A program made the position numbers and the translations under genes. Shown here in pieces: positions 17,317 to 25,153 of a stretch of DNA of 61,446 nt. Source of the DNA: a virus (Duplodnaviria; Caudoviricetes); the IMG/VR virus record IMGVR_UViG_3300036851_000232, positions 1 through 61,446 of that record. One strand, written 5' to 3'. The notes beneath the pieces were generated by a model. The model was not told where the DNA came from and did no database searches. It worked only from the letters and a program-made list of their open reading frames with translations. How positions within the stretch are numbered: position 1 is the stretch's first letter; each line of letters begins with the position of its first letter.

Positions 17317-18075
17317 CTAGAGGTCGGAGCCGTAGAGCAGCCGGACCCGGGTCGCGTCGGAGACGGCACGCAGCACCTCGAGCCGCTGGCCGTCGTCGGT
17401 CGAGGTGATCCGGGTGGTGTCAAGGACGGCGGCACCGGGCGGCAAGTCAAGCGCGGCAGCTTCGCTAGGGGTGACGGGGCGGGCCCTGACCTGTTCGGTG
17501 TACCGGCCGGGGCGGTACCCGGCGTCGGTGAGCGCTTGGTAGATCCCGCCGGGCAGGAACACCGGCTCGGCGAGCGGTGTGCCGCCCGCGACGCTGGCCG
17601 GTATCCAGGAGGTGGTGAGCTGCGCGGGTTGCCCGTCGGCGTGCATGGTGCGGTACCGGCACACCGCAGGGCCGTCAAGGCGCAGTGCCTTGGTCACGTC
17701 GGCCGGTACCTCGTCAAGCGGTACCACGTCCACGTCATCGAGCCGTACCTGCGGTTCCATGCCGGCGCGGGTGACGGCCACCGACCAGGGCCCGCCCGCG
17801 ATGGCGCCGTTCGCGGCGGCTGCGTGCCGGGAGGTGCGGAGTTCGATGGGCCGGACGTCACGGACGACCGTGGACTGCCGTTCGTTGCCGCCGCGATGCC
17901 GGGCGATGAGGCCTTCCGCTTCGAGTTCCCGGTAGGCGCGGCGGACGGTTTCGCGGGCGGCGCCGTGCTTGCGGGCGAGCTCGGCTTCGCTGGGCATCTG
18001 CCCGCCGGGACCGAGTTGGGCGGCGAGGGCGCGCAGGTTGGCGGCGATCTTGGCCCACGTGGGGGTGTCGGGCAC
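17317..18075 (-). CDS. GntR/HutC-family regulator with UTRA domain (KorSA/TraR-like transfer repressor)
   Basis: MPSEAELARKHGAARETVRRAYRELEAEGLI wHTH; UTRA-type C-terminus (RPVTPSEAAALDLPPGAAVL..TR); GTG 18075 with GGAGG; divergent from the transfer genes. Confidence 0.88.
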   Translation of the reverse strand: MPDTPTWAKIAANLRALAAQLGPGGQMPSEAELARKHGAARETVRRAYRELEAEGLIARHRGGNERQSTVVRDVRPIELRTSRHAAAANGAIAGGPWSVAVTRAGMEPQVRLDDVDVVPLDEVPADVTKALRLDGPAVCRYRTMHADGQPAQLTTSWIPASVAGGTPLAEPVFLPGGIYQALTDAGYRPGRYTEQVRARPVTPSEAAALDLPPGAAVLDTTRITSTDDGQRLEVLRAVSDATRVRLLYGSDL

Positions 18076-18114
18076 CGGCTGCGCACCTCCGTTCACCCGT
18101 TCGTCGTGGGGTGC

Positions 18115-18164
18115 TTGACGATCCCATGCTGACGGGGGACCATCCCATTGTCTAGACCGGTACC
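18115..18164 (+). promoter_or_regulatory. Putative transfer-operon promoter and GntR operator
   Basis: TTGACG(18115)-N17-GACCAT(18138); GTCTAGAC palindrome 18150-18157 followed by CGGTACCG. Confidence 0.5.
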
Positions 18165-18182
18165 GAATGAGGGAGGCCCGCC

Positions 18183-18974
18183 GTGTCTCACGCCGGTACC
18201 GGTACCGCCGAACCCCAGGGCCGGTCGGCGCGCGGGTCAACACCCGATGCGCGGGCGGTGCCCGGTACGCCGGCCGGTCCTGGCCGGTACCGGGACCACG
18301 ACTGGTGGAAGATCACCCTTCGGGCCGTGGCCGGTACCGCCGCCGTCGTGGCCTCGTTCGTGTTCCTGGTTGACCTGGCGCGGGCGACGGGCTGGCCGGG
18401 ATGGACCGCGTACCTGCTGCCACTCTCGCTGGACGCGCTCGCGGCGGCGGCGTGGCGGATCTACGTGACCTGCGGCCGGGACCGGTTCGCCCTGTGGTGC
18501 GGTATCGGTACGACCGGGGCGACGCTGGCGGGGAACGCGGTGTCGCACCTGATCGGTACCGGGCACGTCGCGCCGGGCTGGTTGCTGGTCGCGACGGTGG
18601 GTGCGGTGCCGGCGATGAGCTTGGCGCTGGTGATCCACCTGACCGCGCCACCGAGGCTGCTGGACGCAGGTGCTGCTAGTCCCAGTCCGGCTGGGAGTTC
18701 GCTGGTAGTTGAGCGCGACGGTGCCGGCGGTCGGGGCGGGCCGCGGCCGGGGGGGATCGCCGCAGCGGGTCGGACCGCCGGCACCACAAGCCAGCGTAGC
18801 GACGACCAGCTGCTCGCCGAGATCCGCGCGCTCGGCCTCGAGCAGGTCGGGGCGGACAAGCTGACCGAGCCGCTCGGCATCAACAAGACCAGGGCGGTCA
18901 GGTTGCGGAAGCTGCTCGCCGCCGAGCTCGTACCGGCCAGCGGGAACGGACACACAGATGGGAGCACGCCATGA
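18183..18974 (+). CDS. DUF2637/Spd-like membrane protein (4 TM + C-terminal HTH-like region)
   Basis: ASFVFLVDLARATGWPGWTAYLLPLSLD...TLAGNAVSH...VGAVPAMSLALVIHL pattern of actinomycete plasmid spread proteins; GAGGGAGG RBS. Confidence 0.75.
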   Translation: MSHAGTGTAEPQGRSARGSTPDARAVPGTPAGPGRYRDHDWWKITLRAVAGTAAVVASFVFLVDLARATGWPGWTAYLLPLSLDALAAAAWRIYVTCGRDRFALWCGIGTTGATLAGNAVSHLIGTGHVAPGWLLVATVGAVPAMSLALVIHLTAPPRLLDAGAASPSPAGSSLVVERDGAGGRGGPRPGGIAAAGRTAGTTSQRSDDQLLAEIRALGLEQVGADKLTEPLGINKTRAVRLRKLLAAELVPASGNGHTDGSTP

Positions 18975-19174
18975 CCCCCGCGCTTTTCGTGATCATGATG
19001 ATGTTGGGTGCCGCGATCTTCGTGTCGATACGCGCCAAGCAGACGAAGATCTGGGAACTCGTCATGCTCGGCACATTCGGCGCGCTACTCGGCCAAGTAA
19101 CGATCGGCTCCGCGTACCTGTCCGGGCTGAGCAGCGTGTCCACGTCCCTGTTCGCCGCGATCGGCCTCGGCTGA
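18971..19174 (+). CDS. Small two-TM membrane protein (Spd-like accessory)
   Basis: Hydrophobic 67 aa ORF coupled between Spd-like gene and translocase. Confidence 0.7.
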   Translation: MTPALFVIMMMLGAAIFVSIRAKQTKIWELVMLGTFGALLGQVTIGSAYLSGLSSVSTSLFAAIGLG

Positions 19175-19180
19175 CACCCG

Positions 19181-20743
19181 GTGACGGCCGAACTGCAGGA
19201 ACGCGCCGGTACCGTCGCCGTCATGCCACTGCCCGTTGATCCGCCGGGTGAGGACACCGAGCCGGTACCGGCGGGCAGGCTGGGGCTGGTTCGGCGCGGC
19301 TGCGGTTGGTACGCGGGTTGTGTGCGCAACTACTTCCGACGCGGTTGCTCCGAGGCGTACCAGGCGTGGCGGTCCCGGGTGGACCTGTGGGCCGAGGGTA
19401 GCCATCGACTCAGGTCCGACTGCGAGATGTACACGAACGACCGGGTGGAGTGGCGGGAGAGGGAGAAGCAGCGCCGCAAGCAGCTGGAGAGGGAGGACGA
19501 GGCAGCTGTCCGGAAGGCGCTCGAGGAGAAGCAGCCGGTACCGAAGCCGTCGAAGTTCAAGCCGCGGGACCCGTGTCGCGAGCTGCATCGGCAGAGGATC
19601 ATGCGCAAGGCCGTGTCGCCGGTTGCCGGCGTCATCGGCCCTGCCCTAGCGGCGGTCGCCCTGGTATTCGGCGGCCCGGCCCTGATCCAGCAGGCACTGG
19701 TCGCCGCGCACGGTACCGCCCTCGCGACCGGATTCGCGGTTGCTGCTGCGATGGTTCTCGCGGTGGCCGCAGTGACGGTGTTGTCGGTGTTCGGGCAGGT
19801 CCGCAGCGAGCCAGCGGTACCAGTCGATCCCGGCGGGGAGGAGGACGCGACACCGTGGTCCCGGATCACCATCGGGAGGTTCCTCGACGACGGTTCGCCG
19901 ATCGAGATCCCGTTCGGCGACCATGTGCTGATCGCCGGTGCCACCGACGCGGGGAAGTCCAACCTTGTCAACGTTGTCATCTCGAAGATCGCCCCGTTCC
20001 CGGAGGTCGAGCTGTACGGCATCGACTTGAAGGGCGGCGTGGAACTCGGCCCGTGGGAGAACGTCCTCGTGGAGCTGGCCGAGGACGACAAGGCTGCGGT
20101 CGCGTTGCTGCGGCGGCTCAGTGAGGAGATGGACCGCCGGTACCGCACGCTCCGCGCTGCCGGGCGGAAGAACTGGCGGCTGCAGGACGGCCGATTCATG
20201 AAGGTGATCGTGGATGAGTTGGCCGAGTTGCCGAAAGCGGGCGTGGATCTCCTTACCCGGTTGGCGCTGCTCGGCCGCGCCGCCGGGATCTCTTTGGTGT
20301 GCGCCACACAACAGCCCGAGGTGGCGGTGATTCCGCAGCAGGCAAGGGGTCAGCTCCGTACCGTGCTCGGTCTGCGGGTGGAGCGGGCTGAGCAGGCCCG
20401 GCAGGTGTTCGGGGAGCGGGCGACCCGCGAGGGATGGGATCCGGCGTCGCTGGACCCGACGAAGCGGGGATCGCTGCTGGTCCGGTCGAAGTGGTGCACG
20501 GAGCCGCGGCCGGGCCGGTCGACGCGGATCACGGACGGCGAGGTCCGCGCACGTGCGAAGGAGTACGCGAGGACGCCACGCGAATATGTGGCCGAGGATC
20601 GGCCAGCCGGCGAGGGGGAAGAGCGGCGGTGCTTGTACTGCGGGAAGCCGCCCACGGATCCGCGCGCGAAGTACTGCTCGCCCGCGCATCGGAAAGAGCA
20701 TTGGCGACGCTTGCGACGCTTCGGCCCAGATGGGGGTTCCTGA
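19181..20743 (+). CDS. traB: TraB-like FtsK/SpoIIIE DNA translocase
   Basis: Two TM helices, HVLIAGATDAGKS Walker A, IDLKGGVEL, VIVDELAEL Walker B, GRAAGISLVCATQQP; gene context GntR-spd-tra. Confidence 0.85.
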   Translation: MTAELQERAGTVAVMPLPVDPPGEDTEPVPAGRLGLVRRGCGWYAGCVRNYFRRGCSEAYQAWRSRVDLWAEGSHRLRSDCEMYTNDRVEWREREKQRRKQLEREDEAAVRKALEEKQPVPKPSKFKPRDPCRELHRQRIMRKAVSPVAGVIGPALAAVALVFGGPALIQQALVAAHGTALATGFAVAAAMVLAVAAVTVLSVFGQVRSEPAVPVDPGGEEDATPWSRITIGRFLDDGSPIEIPFGDHVLIAGATDAGKSNLVNVVISKIAPFPEVELYGIDLKGGVELGPWENVLVELAEDDKAAVALLRRLSEEMDRRYRTLRAAGRKNWRLQDGRFMKVIVDELAELPKAGVDLLTRLALLGRAAGISLVCATQQPEVAVIPQQARGQLRTVLGLRVERAEQARQVFGERATREGWDPASLDPTKRGSLLVRSKWCTEPRPGRSTRITDGEVRARAKEYARTPREYVAEDRPAGEGEERRCLYCGKPPTDPRAKYCSPAHRKEHWRRLRRFGPDGGS

Positions 20744-20860
20744 GCGTGGGCAGCTTCTCTGATGGAGATGCGTCGCATGCGTCGCACCGCAGGTCAGGGG
20801 GCTTGCGATGCGTCGCATCATGCGTCGCTTCGCTGGAAGCGTCGCATCATGCGTCGCATC
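20704..20860. repeat. clt-like repeat cluster at traB 3' end (ATGCGTCGC x5, AAGCGTCGC x1, two inverted copies)
   Basis: Direct copies at 20768, 20777, 20808, 20820, 20837 (variant), 20849; GCGACGCT at 20704 and 20713. Confidence 0.85.
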
Positions 20861-20864
20861 TGTC

Positions 20865-21305
20865 GTGATTCCGTCGTGGCTGGTCTCAGCAGATGGCATC
20901 CTCGACCGTGTCCTGTCGCCGCTGGATCCGCTGGTAGCCGACCGGTGGCACTGGTTGCCGGTGCTGGCCGTGGCGTGGTGGACGGTGCGCTGGTTCTCGT
21001 ATCGGCCGGGTCTGTGGCTGGCGATGCTCCGCTGCCGGTTGCTGCGCCGGGGTGGTGAGCGGACCGCCCTGTACCGGTGGTTCGACGGGTCGGGGAGGTT
21101 GCGGTATGTGGGGATCTCGAATGATGTGCGGCGGCGCACCGGTCAGCATGCGGCGGGGAAGTGGTGGTGGTTCGAGGTGCGGTCCTGCACCGTGGAGTGG
21201 TTCGACACTCGGGGTGCGGCGTTGGCGGCGGAGCGCGCTGCGATCCGGGCGGAGCGGCCCCGGCATAACGTGGTCCACAACGGGCGACGGAGGGCGGCGG
21301 CGTGA
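20865..21305 (+). CDS. GIY-YIG nuclease with hydrophobic N-terminal segment
   Basis: TALYRWFD..GRLRYVGIS...RRRTGQH...KWWW...AAERAAIRAERPRHN; start uncertain. Confidence 0.78.
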   Translation: MIPSWLVSADGILDRVLSPLDPLVADRWHWLPVLAVAWWTVRWFSYRPGLWLAMLRCRLLRRGGERTALYRWFDGSGRLRYVGISNDVRRRTGQHAAGKWWWFEVRSCTVEWFDTRGAALAAERAAIRAERPRHNVVHNGRRRAAA

Positions 21306-21574
21306 CCGAGGTCGAGCGCGGCGATCTGGTGGATGCGGCGTACGCGCTGTTGATGGCGGCGATCCTGCTGCGCGACATGGCCGGCGCGATGCCCGCCAAG
21401 ACGTTCGTGGCGATGCCGCCGGATATTGCGGACCGGCTGATGTGGACTGGTTATCAGGACGCCTTCGACCGCCTGCCGGCCGATGTTCGGGGCGAGGCGC
21501 GTGCGCGGGTGTTAGCTGACCCGGCGGTTGTCGCGGCGCGTGCGCTTGATGCTGCGAACGGTCTCCGGGCATGA
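21302..21574 (+). CDS. Hypothetical protein, last gene of transfer operon
   Basis: GGAGGG RBS; GTGA coupling. Confidence 0.65.
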   Translation: MTEVERGDLVDAAYALLMAAILLRDMAGAMPAKTFVAMPPDIADRLMWTGYQDAFDRLPADVRGEARARVLADPAVVAARALDAANGLRA

Positions 21575-21576
21575 CG

Positions 21577-21623
21577 AAAGCCGCCCCGCTCCCCGGAGGA
21601 GGAGAGCGAGGCGGCGCTTGTTG
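21577..21623. terminator. Stem-loop between convergent transfer and lysis operons
   Basis: AAA-GCCGCCCCGCTCCCC...GGAGAGCGAGGCGGC-GCTTGTT imperfect hairpin. Confidence 0.55.
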
Positions 21624-21631
21624 GTAACGAG

Positions 21632-21754
21632 TCAGTACCCGCCGGTGGCGATCGTGGATGTGAGAATCAGCCCGATCAGCAGCGCGATACAGAACGCGGT
21701 CACTTGCCAGGCGGCGAGGTGTTCGCGGTGTGGTACGCGGTGGCGGGCGCGCAT
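21632..21754 (-). CDS. Small membrane peptide (40 aa)
   Basis: Own translation MRARHRVPHREHLAAWQVTAFCIALLIGLILTSTIATGGY. Confidence 0.45.
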   Translation of the reverse strand: MRARHRVPHREHLAAWQVTAFCIALLIGLILTSTIATGGY

Positions 21755-21757
21755 GAG

Positions 21758-22111
21758 TCACACGTCGATTCGTACCCCGGTGGTGACGGCGACGAGGATG
21801 AACAGCATCACCACGATGATGAGCAGCAGGATCTCGACGGTGGTGATCCCGGCGTCGTCCGCGGGGGGTCGGGGGGCGTGCCGGGCGCGGCTGGCGGTGG
21901 CCTGCGCCTGGGCGTATTCGCGGGTCGCGTAGCCGGCGGCGGTGACGGCCGCGGTGATGATCAGCCCAGCGAGTTCCGGATCAAGGTCGTAGCCGACGAT
22001 GCGGCGCGTCGCGAAGATCAGCAGCGTCGCCGCGGCGCCGCCACCGAACACGGCGGTGACCTTGCGGGTGGGGGCGAGGCTGGGCTGGGAGGCGACGTGC
22101 CGGCCGGTCAC
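21758..22111 (-). CDS. Holin-like membrane protein
   Basis: PTRKVTAVFGGGAAATLL...AAVTAAGY plus third TM; downstream of endolysin. Confidence 0.65.
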   Translation of the reverse strand: MTGRHVASQPSLAPTRKVTAVFGGGAAATLLIFATRRIVGYDLDPELAGLIITAAVTAAGYATREYAQAQATASRARHAPRPPADDAGITTVEILLLIIVVMLFILVAVTTGVRIDV

Positions 22112-22386
22112 GCGGCACCTCTTGTCGCGAAGTACGGTTTCATCTCGCAGTCGGGGCGGTACCCGCAGCGCGGATCACGGACGGTCCCGCCGCCGGCCGT
22201 GATGGTCATGTGCTCGCATGCGTAGCCCGAGGCTCGGATCACCTCGACGGGCTCGAACTCCCGGTAGCACTCATATATCCGCATGGATGCCTGGTCCTCG
22301 ATGTTCTCCACCCAGCGTGTCGGCGCGTGGAGCCGGCGGGTCAGCCAAGCGCAGAAGATCAACGCGGTCGCGCGGGCGTACTTCAT
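22108..22386 (-). CDS. Hypothetical protein
   Basis: Start MKYARA after GGAGGA. Confidence 0.5.
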   Translation of the reverse strand: MKYARATALIFCAWLTRRLHAPTRWVENIEDQASMRIYECYREFEPVEVIRASGYACEHMTITAGGGTVRDPRCGYRPDCEMKPYFATRGAA

Positions 22387-22643
22387 CAGTCCTCCACCCG
22401 TTCGGGCCAGTGCCACGTGCCGGGACGGCGGTCCTCGTCGTGCTCGCAGTCGTTGAAAAACAGCCCGGTCGGGTTGAGGACGACCAGTGAGCACAGGTCG
22501 CCGGGGACGTCCTCCGTGTTGACGTACGGCCCGCCTATGTCGCAGACCTCAGCGATCACGGCCGCGCGGCACGTGCTGGTGTACTCCCCACCAGGGGTGC
22601 CGTAGCTGACGTAGTGGACGATTCTTCCGATGCTTGGCCTCAT
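22386..22643 (-). CDS. Conserved phage hypothetical protein (PSIGRIVHY...W.WP type)
   Basis: Recognisable MxPSIGRIVHY...RAAVI...TWHWPER pattern. Confidence 0.75.
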   Translation of the reverse strand: MRPSIGRIVHYVSYGTPGGEYTSTCRAAVIAEVCDIGGPYVNTEDVPGDLCSLVVLNPTGLFFNDCEHDEDRRPGTWHWPERVED

Positions 22644-23485
22644 GGCTGCGGCTCCGCAGCGGACTCGGCGGCCGGTGTCTCGTTCTTCACCGTCACGGTG
22701 ACGTCGATCGCCGCGTCGGCGAGGAGCTGCCGCACCTGATCCTGGGTGAGGTCGTTCGCGTCGTCCTCCGCGATCGCCTTGACCGCCACGACGGAGTTCG
22801 CGAACGTCATGTCGAGCAGGTGCTTGATCGCCGGTGGGGGCCGCTCACCCCAGATCTCCCCGGCCGACGGGCTCCAGAAGCGCACTGGGCGTCCCCAGAA
22901 ATGAGCGTCAAACGCGGCCCAGTCGGCGGCGTCCCACTTCTCCGGTCCGGTAGTCGACACGGATACCTCCGGTTGCTTGGTCAGGGTGCCGCCCCGGACG
23001 AGCGCGGTCACGGCCGCGCCGGGGCATTCGGTGGGTGCGGCTCGCACGTCGTTGTGCGTCTTCACGGCCGTCGCGCCGGGATAGCGCCTGAGGAGCCGGG
23101 TGGTGCGCCAGTCCCGGAACGCCTGCACCATCGCATCGGTGGGTTTGTCGCCCGTGCCGAGGATCCACAGGCAGGCGGTGTAATCGGCGTTCGACTGGGT
23201 GCCACCGTTCGCCGCGGTGCGGCAGTCGAGGCCACGGAGCTCCCACACGCAGCCGTGCCAGTCGATGCCGACGCCGTACGCGATGTCGGACCAGCCCTTT
23301 GAGTCCATGTGGTACGCCTGCCAGCCGCGGAGCTGCGACGCGACCTGCGCGTCGGACAGCCCGACCAGCTTCGCATCGGAGCCGGGCCAGTGGCAGGCGA
23401 CGCCGAGCGGCCGCCCGGTCGGGAACGAGGTGCAGCCGCGGCGGGCGCGTAGTCCGGCGTCGGCCCTACTCCGGTACGTCGTCAC
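22640..23485 (-). CDS. Endolysin, N-acetylmuramoyl-L-alanine amidase (Amidase_2/PGRP-like)
   Basis: HW, QAYHMDSKGWSDIAY, ELRG, HNDV..TECPG zinc-amidase motifs; start GTG 23485 inferred. Confidence 0.85.
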   Translation of the reverse strand: MTTYRSRADAGLRARRGCTSFPTGRPLGVACHWPGSDAKLVGLSDAQVASQLRGWQAYHMDSKGWSDIAYGVGIDWHGCVWELRGLDCRTAANGGTQSNADYTACLWILGTGDKPTDAMVQAFRDWRTTRLLRRYPGATAVKTHNDVRAAPTECPGAAVTALVRGGTLTKQPEVSVSTTGPEKWDAADWAAFDAHFWGRPVRFWSPSAGEIWGERPPPAIKHLLDMTFANSVVAVKAIAEDDANDLTQDQVRQLLADAAIDVTVTVKNETPAAESAAEPQP

Positions 23486-23579
23486 CGGGCTCGTCTTCGT
23501 GGTCGCCCGCGAGTTCGTCGGCAGAGACGGTGCCGGACTCGACCTCGTCGGGGGTCGGACTGGTCGGTTGTTCGGACAT
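23466..23579 (-). CDS. Small acidic peptide (37 aa)
   Basis: GAGGAGG RBS; MSEQPTSPTPDEVESG... Confidence 0.5.
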   Translation of the reverse strand: MSEQPTSPTPDEVESGTVSADELAGDHEDEPGDDVPE

Positions 23580-23595
23580 GGGGCGTTCCTCCTCG

Positions 23596-24309
23596 TCAGT
23601 CTTGGACGCACACCCACCACTGCTCCCCACCGGGAGCCGGGTCCGGGTCGCGTTGCTCGCCGTGATAACCCTCTGGACACGGCGGGCCTGCCGGGCCTGG
23701 ATCTCCGGGATCGCCCTTGCCGCCTTTCTCGCCGCGACATTCGCCATGAGCGTCGCAATAGGTAGCGACGGCTGCGGCGATCTGTTCGTCAGACGGCGGG
23801 GGTCCCTGCGATCCAGGTGTCCCATCGACACCGTCGCGGCCGTCGACACCGGCCCTGCCGTCCTGACCGGTCGATCCTCGGCATTCGCCGCGAGCGTTGC
23901 AGAACGTGGCGACCGCGGCGGCGACCTGCGCGGGCGACGGCCCATCCCCGGCGGGGCCGCGGCAACCGCTCCGCGGCGCGCAATAGGCGGCCACAGCGGC
24001 GGCCACCTGCGCGGCGCTCGGGGGTGCCCCTTCGGGGCCGCGGATGCCGCGCAGTCCAGGTTCACCGGGAGGTCCGTCCGCCCCGACGACGATCTCCGGG
24101 TTGCGGGCAATCTGCTCGGCGGGCGGGGTGACCGGCTCGTCGCCGCGCGTCTCCGTCGCCCGCTGCTCCTGTGTGAGCGCCGTGTACAGGGCGGCGATCT
24201 GCTCGTCCTGGCCGCGTTGCTGCCACGCCACCCACAAGGTGAGCACGGCCATGGCGATCACGACGACGCCGATGACCCGCAGCCCCGACAGCCTCCGATG
24301 CGCGATCAT
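23596..24309 (-). CDS. Membrane-anchored collagen-like (G-X-Y) protein of lysis region
   Basis: N-terminal TM; GXY runs alternating with three 'QVAAAVAxYC..R.EC.G' repeats. Confidence 0.75.
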   Translation of the reverse strand: MIAHRRLSGLRVIGVVVIAMAVLTLWVAWQQRGQDEQIAALYTALTQEQRATETRGDEPVTPPAEQIARNPEIVVGADGPPGEPGLRGIRGPEGAPPSAAQVAAAVAAYCAPRSGCRGPAGDGPSPAQVAAAVATFCNARGECRGSTGQDGRAGVDGRDGVDGTPGSQGPPPSDEQIAAAVATYCDAHGECRGEKGGKGDPGDPGPAGPPCPEGYHGEQRDPDPAPGGEQWWVCVQD

Positions 24310-24836
24310 TCGCATTCCTTCGGCAACATGGGCAGCGGCGTTCCGGTGCGTTTCTGATCGAGGACGCGGCGTTCTTTGGCGAGCTGGGTCCGCCCGGCTA
24401 GGTACTCCTCGGTGATCCGCTGCCTGTCCGCCGGGTCAGCGGCGAGGAGGTCTTGCAGCCATTTGCTGATGCTGTCCCGGTCCTCGCGGGCGTTTTCGCG
24501 ACCCTCGTCGGCGATCCGGTCCCGCACCCGCAGGGCATCGGTGAAGTCGTCGACGAACCGGGTCTGGCAGGCGGTGACGCGGGCCTGCTGCCGTTCGAAC
24601 ACGATCCCCTGCACGACGGTGGCGACCGCGAGCAGCAGCACGATCACGCCGAGCGCCCGCTCACCCAGCCGCCCCGACCGGTGGTGCCGCACCCGGGTCG
24701 GGGGTTCGCCGTCCACGACCACTTCCCTGATCTCACGGATCTCGCGCCGTAGCCGCCCGACGAGGAACCCGATGACGAGGCCGGCGGTGAACCATGCGAT
24801 CGAGTTCGCCACTTCGGTGAGGACTTCACCGCTCAT
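24306..24836 (-). CDS. Two-TM membrane protein (lysis region)
   Basis: ORF track; hydrophobic helices. Confidence 0.7.
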   Translation of the reverse strand: MSGEVLTEVANSIAWFTAGLVIGFLVGRLRREIREIREVVVDGEPPTRVRHHRSGRLGERALGVIVLLLAVATVVQGIVFERQQARVTACQTRFVDDFTDALRVRDRIADEGRENAREDRDSISKWLQDLLAADPADRQRITEEYLAGRTQLAKERRVLDQKRTGTPLPMLPKECE

Positions 24837-25026
24837 CGGAGTCGCCCCCGCCCCGGCGGGCCCGGTCGGCGGATAGGAACAGGTACCCGGCGATGATCCC
24901 GAACACCCCGTCGACGCCCACGGACGGCTCGTAGCCCTCGACGACGAACTTGGCGACGAAATTAGCGACCCAGACCATTGTCACTACAACAATGATCCCG
25001 TAGCGGACCCGGTCATCCATGATCAC
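24826..25026 (-). CDS. Small two-TM membrane protein (possible holin component)
   Basis: ORF track. Confidence 0.65.
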   Translation of the reverse strand: MIMDDRVRYGIIVVVTMVWVANFVAKFVVEGYEPSVGVDGVFGIIAGYLFLSADRARRGGGDSDER

Positions 25027-25153
25027 CGCCGGGTGTCGGGAGACCGGTCACCGCAGCATCGGCGGCCCGAAAGTAGGCGAGGAAAGAGTGCACCCCGTCA
25101 CCCCTTCAGCGGAAACGGCCTCGCCCGCGCATGTGGCGGGTCATGATGGCGGG

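Noticed and set aside
19181-20743. FtsK ATPase as a phage packaging motor or type VII secretion EccC
   Set aside because: A canonical terL and portal are present; there is a single ATPase domain, no WXG100 genes, and the gntR-spd context points to TraB.
20768-20860. Repeat cluster as a mini-CRISPR array or as the N-terminus of the 165-aa ORF
   Set aside because: Repeats are only 9-12 bp with no unique spacers; the MRRIMRR peptide is a by-product of the DNA repeat.
22640-23758. 372-aa endolysin as listed in the ORF track, or a frameshifted lysin
   Set aside because: The upstream part overlaps the collagen-like gene and a small acidic ORF with its own RBS; the amidase domain begins near GTG 23485.
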